A DNA stretch of 64,000 bases from Phycisphaerae bacterium (lineage in GTDB: Bacteria; Planctomycetota; Phycisphaerae; WQYP01): NCBI GenBank assembly GCA_049977145.1, contig JBMFGW010000001.1, forward strand, positions 32,550-96,549, read 5' to 3'. The notes under the pieces were generated by a model, which was given only the letters and a program-made list of their open reading frames with translations, did not search any database and was not told where the DNA came from. Position numbers and translations under genes: made by a program. This document shows positions 10,344 through 17,546 of this stretch, piece by piece; the stretch's first letter is position 1; each line of letters begins with the position of its first letter.

Positions 10344-10531
10344 CGCCTGAAAGGGTGCGTGACACTATACGCGCGTATGGTTGCATTACCCACAAAACAT
10401 GATGCCCCCGGAGCACCGTCATGATAATGCGGTGCCGCTGGTACGCGCGGGAGCCACCGGCCACGGGTTTCCACCCGTAGCTGCGTGGATAATATGTCGG
10501 TTTCCGCCACCCGCATAAAGTGTCACGCACC
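10344..10531. other. 188-bp segment bounded by a perfect 13-bp inverted repeat (GGTGCGTGACACT ... AGTGTCACGCACC); candidate structured ncRNA or cis-element
   Basis: Lies in a 510-bp ORF-poor gap between vapB and the peroxiredoxin gene. Interior contains nested short hairpins (ccacggg...cccgtag). Confidence 0.25.
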
Positions 10532-10777
10532 TCGCCTGAAACCGATGGTTTATCCACCTCCGCCGGAGCCTGATGGCACTGCGCTAATGGGATTCGTGCT
10601 GCTTAGGAACCGGGCCGGAATAACTTCCCCGATTCAGATAGGCCGGAACCCCGATGCGTGGAAAACGGAATGCTATATTTCACATAGCCGCCGACTTGCC
10701 GGTGGTGGTATATCCCTCGGAATGGACGATTCGATTGCAGTGCAAATCGGGAAGTAATTACGGTACAATTCCGTATG

Positions 10778-11431
10778 TCATGTGGCGGGGAGAATATGGA
10801 CCGCCAGCCACGCCGCCACCGTGGCGGCATTCTGATCCGGCGGAAAAACCGGATAAAAAACGTGCTCCACTGTACCATCCTTGATCACCATCGTGAGACG
10901 TTTAAGCAACGTCATTCCTCCGGTTTCAAACGTCGGCAGACGCATGGCACTAGCCAAGATTAGATTGGCATCCGAAAGAATTGGAAATGGTAGATGCAAT
11001 CGCTCCGCGACTTCGCGCTGATAATCCGGGCTTTGTGTGGAAAGGCCAAACAAATGACGGATACCTAAGGTTTTCAACCACGCAAAATGATCTCGGAAAG
11101 CGCAGGATTGCGGCGTGCATCCGCGTGCGCCGGGAATCAAATCCCACCCGTCCGGATTTGCGATGCCGGGCTTTCCCGTCCGGGGATACGTATAGACCAC
11201 AACCCTGCCCGGTAGTGTGGACAGGTTCACCGTCGTGCCGTCGGTTGCGGCTAGCGCGATGGCCGGAATGCGCATTCCGACCAGATGTCGGGCCGCGCCG
11301 TCATCCACCGGTGCCGGAATTGTTGACCAATCAAGTGCTTCGATGGTGCGGTTCGTCCTGGCCTCTATTCTCGGTTTTAGCCGTTTTTCATCTGCGGTAA
11401 TTTTGCGCTTGGGGTTTTTCATTGCATTCAT
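10778..11431 (-). CDS. Peroxiredoxin (AhpC/TSA-redoxin family)
   Basis: Start MNAMKNPKRK at the internal ATG at 11431. Thioredoxin-fold redoxin domain (VVVYTYPRTGKPGIANPDGWDLIPGARGCTPQSCAFRD with peroxidatic Cys). Confidence 0.75.
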   Translation of the reverse strand: MNAMKNPKRKITADEKRLKPRIEARTNRTIEALDWSTIPAPVDDGAARHLVGMRIPAIALAATDGTTVNLSTLPGRVVVYTYPRTGKPGIANPDGWDLIPGARGCTPQSCAFRDHFAWLKTLGIRHLFGLSTQSPDYQREVAERLHLPFPILSDANLILASAMRLPTFETGGMTLLKRLTMVIKDGTVEHVFYPVFPPDQNAATVAAWLAVHILPAT

Positions 11432-11483
11432 TTCCGCATCGGCCAATAAGGGCAATCTCATGGGCCCCAGCCCGGTGTCATAT

Positions 11484-11834
11484 CTACGCAGCACGCAGAA
11501 ATTCCCGTAATGCCAATGCGCCGTTGTGTTCTTGATCGTGCGCGGCGTATACAAAGGTAACATCGCCCTTCTTGATATGTTGCCGCAAGGCTTCAACGGC
11601 GGACGGATTCTGCCGCAGTTCGTCCCAATACCGTTTTTTGAACTGCACCCATTTGGCCGGATCGTGGCCAAACCACTTTCGCAGCTCCGTACTGGGGGCC
11701 ACATCTTTGAGCCACAGGTCTATCGCGGCCTTTTCCCTGGTCAATCCCCGCGGCCACAGCCGCTCCACGAGAATCCGCAATCCGTCAGCGGTAGATGGTT
11801 CATCATAAACACGTTTGATTTGAATCTTAGTCAT
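11484..11834 (-). CDS. DUF488 (YeaO-like) family protein
   Basis: 116 aa. MTKIQIKRVYDEP...RILVERLWPRGLTREKAAIDLWLKDVAPSTELRKWFGHDP is canonical DUF488. Confidence 0.75.
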   Translation of the reverse strand: MTKIQIKRVYDEPSTADGLRILVERLWPRGLTREKAAIDLWLKDVAPSTELRKWFGHDPAKWVQFKKRYWDELRQNPSAVEALRQHIKKGDVTFVYAAHDQEHNGALALREFLRAA

Positions 11835-12054
11835 GCTGTATTACTCCCGAATCATGGTCAACTTTTAACCCCGCGTTCTGCGCAAGCTTCACATTGGGAA
11901 ACCTGCGTCAAAATAAGTGCCTTGGTTAAATATTGGCCGGAATTATTTTCAGTCCGCACCTCGTAGCCCCGTTCCGCAGCGCGTGGTCAAATGTTGCCAG
12001 AGGTGCTTGCGCCCGCGCCGCTAATTCCAGATAGGCGGCGTCGTAAGCCGTAAG

Positions 12055-12201
12055 CTGATGCGTATCCGTTCACGGCGGTACCGCTCCCTTACGGTCGCGG
12101 CTCGGCTACCACCGCGTGCGTACACTGGCAGCGGCGGCACAATGGGGCCTTGATCGCCGCCCATGGTAGGTACGCAAAAAATATGGTGCTTGAACGGTTA
12201 C
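12055..12201. repeat. Relic (right-hand portion) copy of the MITE family whose full copy is at 14199-14328
   Basis: Shares cgttcacggcggtacc(g/a)ctcccttacggt(c)gcggctcggc and ...tggtaggtacgc...tg(a)acggttac with the full copy. Carries a roughly 45-bp internal insertion and lacks the left TIR and TSD. Confidence 0.45.
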
Positions 12202-12349
12202 GATTAAAGTTTACGCCCTCATGGCCTGGAAAAGCCGTAAGCGCTGGGAAAATATGGCTTTTACGAATTTCAAGTCCTAAACACGTAAATACTTGAAATC
12301 AAATGCCTTACGTATTTCAAAGCATGTTACATTGGACAGGCTGGCCCTC

Positions 12350-12622
12350 TCAACTGGTGGTGGCGACGGCGGCGATTTCCGCCACTGATTCCACGGACAC
12401 TTTGCGGTTAGGAGCGAAATGCACCCGGCCGGGAGCCAATGCGAATAAGCTGTCGTCCCGCGCCAAGCCAACATTTTTGCCGGCGCGATATCGGGTGCCA
12501 CGCTGCCGGACAATAATTGAACCAGTGGTAACCACTTCTCCGGCATAAGCCTTTACGCCCAGATACTGTGGATTACTGTCCCGCCCATTTTGAGTAGAAC
12601 CTTGACCTTTTTTATGCGCCAT
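12350..12622 (-). CDS. rpmA: 50S ribosomal protein L27
   Basis: [24 protein letters not shown]... is the canonical L27 N-terminus. 90 aa from the ATG at 12622. Confidence 0.9.
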   Translation of the reverse strand: MAHKKGQGSTQNGRDSNPQYLGVKAYAGEVVTTGSIIVRQRGTRYRAGKNVGLARDDSLFALAPGRVHFAPNRKVSVESVAEIAAVATTS

Positions 12623-12901
12623 AACACATCTCCAACGCTCGAAAGCGGCGATACAGCTTCGTCCGCAACTTTCATAAGTCACTAAGTATACGCATCCGGG
12701 TTTTTATTGCAAGTATGACAGATGTGTGCGGCCATGTTTGTTTTAGCCAATGGTGCGAATTGCGGTAACGCGGCAGTGCCCATCGTCCTGGAGCTGGCAT
12801 GGATGCGGGTGCGCTTCAGTATTTTTGCCCAATAATATTATTCCCCCCCCCGCCACCGCTGGATTGACTGTATGCGGTGTAGTGCCTGCGGGTCCGGTAT
12901 A

Positions 12902-14062
12902 ATGGCAGTGATGATTTATCTGGACAATAATGCGACTACCCGGATAGCGCCTGAAGTTCTGGCATCTATGCGGCCCTTTCTGGAAGACAGTTATGGCAAT
13001 CCTTCCAGTGTACATCAGGCCGGGCAGGAAGCCCGGCATGCGGTTGAGGAAGCCCGCTATCAGGCGGCGGAATTCATCGGTTGCCGTCCGGCGGAAGTGA
13101 TATTTACCAGCGGCGGCACCGAAGCGGATAACGCGGCGGTATTGGGGGTAATGCCGGGACGGACAAAAAAAACAATCATCACCTCAACCGTGGAACATAG
13201 TGCAATTCGTGCGCCGACGGATTATCTGGCCAAGCATGGATATCGCGTTGTAACCATAGGGGTTGATGCGCTGGGACGGCTGGATATGGAGGCGCTACAT
13301 GCCGCACTGGCCGATCCCGATGCGGCGTTGCTGACCTTGATCTGGGTCAATAACGAAACCGGTGTGATTTTCGATGTGGATACAATTGGCGCTGCCGCCC
13401 GCACCCATGGTGTGCCGTTCCACGTGGATGCGGTGCAGGCGGCGGGAAAACTTCCGTTACGATTTTCCAGTCGGCCCATTGATCTATTGTCCGTCAGCGC
13501 ACATAAATTTCACGGTCCCAAAGGCGTGGGGGCCTTGGTCGTGCGGCGCGGTTTGGCCTATCAGCCGCTGATCCGCGGTGGTCCGCAGGAACGGGATCGC
13601 CGGGGCGGCACGGAAAATGTCGCGGGGATCGTCGGGTTAGGAGCGGCGGCGGCGCGGGCCACTGCCATGTTGGCGGAGTCTGGCTATATACAGCGCATAG
13701 CCACAATGCGGAATAAACTTGAGACGGGAATTTTGAATTCGGTTCCGGATTGTTATAGCATCGGGGATCCGGAAAACCGCGTGGCCAATACTACGAATAT
13801 CGGTTTTGCAGCGTTGGAAGCCGAGGCGATCCTGCTGCTGCTGAACCAGAACGATATTTGCGCCAGCGCCGGGGCGGCGTGTTCCAGTGGATCTCTTGAA
13901 CCATCCCATGTGCTCAAAGCCATGGGCATAGCGGAAAAAATTGCGCATGGTGCGGTGCGATTTTCATTATCTGAATTTACCACGGATGCGGACATAGAGC
14001 AGACGCTCCAAGTCATACCCCAGATCATCACCCGCCTGCGGCACGTCTTACCGGTGGGCTAA
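12902..14062 (+). CDS. Cysteine desulfurase, NifS/IscS class (PLP-dependent aminotransferase class V)
   Basis: MIYLDNNATTRIAPEVL, FTSGGTEADN, SVSAHKFHGPKGVGAL (PLP Lys), and ASAGAACSSG active-site Cys loop. Confidence 0.85.
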   Translation: MAVMIYLDNNATTRIAPEVLASMRPFLEDSYGNPSSVHQAGQEARHAVEEARYQAAEFIGCRPAEVIFTSGGTEADNAAVLGVMPGRTKKTIITSTVEHSAIRAPTDYLAKHGYRVVTIGVDALGRLDMEALHAALADPDAALLTLIWVNNETGVIFDVDTIGAAARTHGVPFHVDAVQAAGKLPLRFSSRPIDLLSVSAHKFHGPKGVGALVVRRGLAYQPLIRGGPQERDRRGGTENVAGIVGLGAAAARATAMLAESGYIQRIATMRNKLETGILNSVPDCYSIGDPENRVANTTNIGFAALEAEAILLLLNQNDICASAGAACSSGSLEPSHVLKAMGIAEKIAHGAVRFSLSEFTTDADIEQTLQVIPQIITRLRHVLPVG

Positions 14063-14112
14063 TACTCAAACCCGTTGACAGAGTGAGAAAGAAGACTTCC
14101 TTGATCCACATT

Positions 14113-14150
14113 CCGCAAGCACCGCAACGCCTTGCGGTGCCGGTCGTTGG
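14113..14150 (+). terminator. Candidate terminator hairpin after the cysteine desulfurase gene
   Basis: gcaccgcaa-cgcc-ttgcggtgc stem-loop about 50 bp after the stop. The T-tract is weak (ccggtcgttgg). Confidence 0.25.
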
Positions 14151-14198
14151 ATCATGGTTCGGGGTTCACACGGGAAGCACTGCTCCATATTGATAGAT

Positions 14199-14328
14199 GT
14201 AACCGTTCACGGCCTTTCGGCCTTCCAAACTCGATATGCGTTCACGGCGGTACCACTCCCTTACGGTGCGGCTCGGCCTGCCGTTATGCGTGGTAGGTAC
14301 GCCCAAAACATCGTGCGTGAACGGTTAC
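14199..14328. mobile_element. MITE-like non-autonomous element (130 bp) with 14-bp terminal inverted repeats and 8-bp target-site duplication TGATAGAT
   Basis: Left end GTAACCGTTCACGG (14199-14212). Right end GCGTGAACGGTTAC (14315-14328), matching 13 of 14 as reverse complement. Direct repeats TGATAGAT at 14191-14198 and 14329-14336. No ORF inside. Related partial copies at 12055-12201 and 29806-29840. Confidence 0.6.
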
Positions 14329-14367
14329 TGATAGATCAACCACCGCATTGCGAACTGGATACAATTG

Positions 14368-15006
14368 TCATTTCTTCGCATTTTGATAAATTTCCGCAAC
14401 TTTGGTCCAGTTTACGACTTCCCACCAGTTTGCAATGTATTCGGGCCGTCGATTCTGATACTTGAGGTAATAAGCGTGTTCCCAGACATCCAACCCCAAA
14501 ACAGGCGTGCCGGAAAGTCCGCAGACCGTCTGCCCCATCAACGGATTATCCTGATTGGCCGTGGAACCTATGGTTAGCTTGCCGTCTTGGAGTACCAGCC
14601 AAGCCCAGCCGGAGCCAAACCGTTTGGCTGCGGCGTCGCTGAACCGTGTTTTGAATTCCGCAAAGGAACCGAACGTGGAGTTAATCGCCGCCGCCAAATC
14701 GCCCGTCGGTTCTCCACCGCCGCCCTTGCCCTTGGCGGCCATGATCTGCCAGAACATGGTATGGTTGGCGTTGCCGCCGCCATTATTCCGCACGGTAGTG
14801 CGGATATCCTCCGGGACTGCCGCCAAATTGCCAATTAAAGCCGCAAGAGATTTCGTCTCCAACGCGGGCTTTCCAGCAATCGCATTATTGAGATTGGTGA
14901 CATAACCGCCATGATGCTTGCCGTGGTGAATCTGCATGGTTTGCGTATCGATAATAGGTTCCAGCGCGCCAAAATCATACGGTAATGCAGGAAGTTGAAA
15001 AGCCAT
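14368..15006 (-). CDS. sod: Superoxide dismutase, Fe/Mn family
   Basis: [32 protein letters not shown] and DVWEHAYYL motifs. 212 aa. Confidence 0.9.
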   Translation of the reverse strand: MAFQLPALPYDFGALEPIIDTQTMQIHHGKHHGGYVTNLNNAIAGKPALETKSLAALIGNLAAVPEDIRTTVRNNGGGNANHTMFWQIMAAKGKGGGGEPTGDLAAAINSTFGSFAEFKTRFSDAAAKRFGSGWAWLVLQDGKLTIGSTANQDNPLMGQTVCGLSGTPVLGLDVWEHAYYLKYQNRRPEYIANWWEVVNWTKVAEIYQNAKK

Positions 15007-15154
15007 CTGAATACTCCTTAAAATATGAATAATCTCTTTTGTGTTAACTCATTATGTCACTGTTGAATAGTAGCACCGTCATGCGTTAATTGTCAAGGCG
15101 ACATGATCGTTCCACGTTCTGACCACTGGCTGAAAGGGGCATTATGCGTGTAAA

Positions 15155-16138
15155 GTGGGGCGTATGGCGATTCGCTTCAAATCCGGTGCTACGCCCAAGT
15201 CGCGTGATGCGCTGCTGTGGATTATCGTCGGCGTGCTGGTAATTTGGGGCGCCTGGCAGACCATCAAGGTAAGGCGGCAAGTACTCAAAGCGTTGCACAC
15301 GCGTCGCGCTCCGTACGTCCAGGCCACGGCAGCCCCAACCGCCACCGCTTCTGGCCGCACCACGCCATCTCGTCCTTTTTCCGTAGCGCACAGATCCGGC
15401 CAAACCTTCGGGGCCAATACCGCGGCGCCATTGCGTCCCGCACCGACGATTGTTCATGTTCTGACGCCGGGCCTGCTAACGCAAGTCCACCACCAAATAG
15501 CCCAAGCCCGCCTGGCCTTAAAACATGGTCATCTTTTGACCGCCCGGCACACACTGCAAACGGCCTTGCGGCATATTTCCGGCTTTGGCGAACATGAAGC
15601 CGATACCATCCGAGCGGTGTTAATGCAGATCAACGCGCGCAGTGTTTTGAGTTCCGCCATTGTTCCGGGTGATCCACTGGTAAGACTGGTGCGTGTACAA
15701 CCGGGAGATACCCTGGATTATCTGGCCGGCTTGTATCGTATTACGCCGCGTATGATTCTACAGATTAATCCCGGCCTGCAGCCGCGATCACTGATCGCCG
15801 GTACAAGTGTTAAAGTAATTCTTGGTCCGATCGATGCCTATATCCTGATCCATGCCGCGCGAATTGATGTCATGATTCGGCAACACTTTATTGCGGACTT
15901 TCCGATGCGCGTGGTCATACCCATTGCGCCCCGACTGGGGCGTTATCGCGTCAAAAACTATCTGCCCGGACCGCTGAGACTTGATGAATGGATTTTGCAA
16001 GCCGTCTCCGACCGATCCCGCCTGATTTTGGCCGGGGGTGATATTCCTGATGCGGATATTCGATTATCTCCGCAGTCTATCACGGCCCTGCACCGGATGA
16101 TTAATACGCATTTTTCTCGCATTACCATCGAACCATGA
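15155..16138 (+). CDS. LysM domain-containing membrane-anchored protein
   Basis: N-terminal TM helix. Ala/Pro-rich linker. LysM motif VQPGDTLDYLAGLYRITPRMILQINPGL. C-terminal domain of unknown function. Confidence 0.5.
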   Translation: MGRMAIRFKSGATPKSRDALLWIIVGVLVIWGAWQTIKVRRQVLKALHTRRAPYVQATAAPTATASGRTTPSRPFSVAHRSGQTFGANTAAPLRPAPTIVHVLTPGLLTQVHHQIAQARLALKHGHLLTARHTLQTALRHISGFGEHEADTIRAVLMQINARSVLSSAIVPGDPLVRLVRVQPGDTLDYLAGLYRITPRMILQINPGLQPRSLIAGTSVKVILGPIDAYILIHAARIDVMIRQHFIADFPMRVVIPIAPRLGRYRVKNYLPGPLRLDEWILQAVSDRSRLILAGGDIPDADIRLSPQSITALHRMINTHFSRITIEP

Positions 16139-16207
16139 TAAAATATATAAATTGGTTGGCGGAACGCCGCGGCGCCTCGAACTTGTGCCCAATGGAATGG
16201 ATCACGT

Positions 16208-17302
16208 ATGGCCATCGTTGTTCAATGTTATCATTGCCACAGCCGGTTGGAACTCGATGACGGATTCCGCGGCGGAATATGTCGCTGCAGTAAGTGCGGA
16301 TCCCTGCTAAAAGTTCCAGCCACCGCAGCTGCCGATGATAGCGCACGCACCCGCCCCGCCGATCCCGGTACGCGTTCTGTCGGCAACCGTCCATCTGTTC
16401 CAAATGAAGATCCCGGATTTTCCTCCAGCGGCTTTCGCAGCCAATCCGGCCAGCGCCCGGCAGTGCCGCCATCCTCCGGCAGCGGGGCTTTTTCGAGTTC
16501 ATCGTCCACCCACTCCGCGACGCCGCGACAGCCAGAGACGTTAGCCGATGGCCAGTCCGGCTTTCCACAATCTCCAGTGGTCACACAAAAAATACCGCCC
16601 GCGCACCAACACCCATCTGCGGCACCGGTTGAGCCTGCAAAAAAGAAGCAACTGCCGCGCCGGGGGCTGATCGGATTCATTATTCTCTTTGCCGCGGCGA
16701 CCCTGATTATCGCTATTATCATCTTGGCGCATCAGTATACGGCTTCATCGGTCACGCCGCCCGGCAGTAACGGGGAAAGCCCCGCGCTGGATACGGGATT
16801 TCTTGGGATTCCACTGGTCGGAAAAAGTATTATCTTCAGCCTTGATGGATCTTCGGCTAATCTTGACAGCTTTAATCTGGTGGCCGCGTATGTGAAACAA
16901 GCGGTTAAAAAACTCAGGCCGGATCAACGGATAAAATTTGCGATCTGGGGGCCCAATGGACTTAACATTATGCCCAAGAAGGGTTGGATGAAGCCGCGGC
17001 AGGCGGGCAGCGCGGAAAAGACGCTATTAAATTATTCGCCTTACGGCAGCACCACCGCCGCCGCGGCTATGAAAGAAACGCTCAAACTCGGCGGCGATCA
17101 GATCATCTTTGTGACGGCTAAAGTATTTATCTCCAATCCCAATCTGGCGGCCGATGTGCTGCGGGTCAAAAAAGCAACGCAACGAATTGATGTAATATCC
17201 GTTAATGGCGAACGCAAAGAACTGCAAACATTAGCGCAACGATCCGGTGGAGAATTCCGCCGGGTCGCCGTAAGTGAGCTGCAAAATTCGCTCGGAGAGT
17301 AG
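16208..17302 (+). CDS. Zinc-ribbon / vWA (von Willebrand factor A) domain membrane protein
   Basis: N-terminal CxxC...CxxC ribbon (CYHCHS...CRCSKCGS). Long Pro/Ser-rich low-complexity linker. One TM helix. C-terminal vWA fold with MIDAS-like DGSSA and terminal ISVNGE...LQTLAQRSGGEFRRV. Confidence 0.55.
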   Translation: MAIVVQCYHCHSRLELDDGFRGGICRCSKCGSLLKVPATAAADDSARTRPADPGTRSVGNRPSVPNEDPGFSSSGFRSQSGQRPAVPPSSGSGAFSSSSSTHSATPRQPETLADGQSGFPQSPVVTQKIPPAHQHPSAAPVEPAKKKQLPRRGLIGFIILFAAATLIIAIIILAHQYTASSVTPPGSNGESPALDTGFLGIPLVGKSIIFSLDGSSANLDSFNLVAAYVKQAVKKLRPDQRIKFAIWGPNGLNIMPKKGWMKPRQAGSAEKTLLNYSPYGSTTAAAAMKETLKLGGDQIIFVTAKVFISNPNLAADVLRVKKATQRIDVISVNGERKELQTLAQRSGGEFRRVAVSELQNSLGE

Positions 17303-17546
17303 AACCTGCAATCCCCATGGCTGGGCTGGTGAAAATCCGAGGAGCCGGTCCGAGACTTTAGCGAATGTTGCATAGGGCGGCGAACGGTACCGGTACAATC
17401 CATTGCGTAATAGCGGGAGCATTCTCCCGCGCACCGGCATCGCAATGCGGTGCGCAGCAGGGGCATCATGGACATAGCCACGCCACTGCCGGACAACGCG
17501 CACCGATCCGGTTGGCATAACGGCTTGCGGCGGTACAATACCCATC

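Noticed and set aside
10285-10884. Several 60-90-aa ORFs in the vapB-peroxiredoxin gap
   Set aside because: Mutually overlapping in different frames with no domain signatures. The region is better described as structured noncoding DNA.
12743-13039. 98-aa minus-strand ORF upstream of rpmA that might have been rplU
   Set aside because: Sequence (His/Pro/Gly-rich) shows no L21 signature. It overlaps the 5-prime end of the cysteine desulfurase gene on the other strand.
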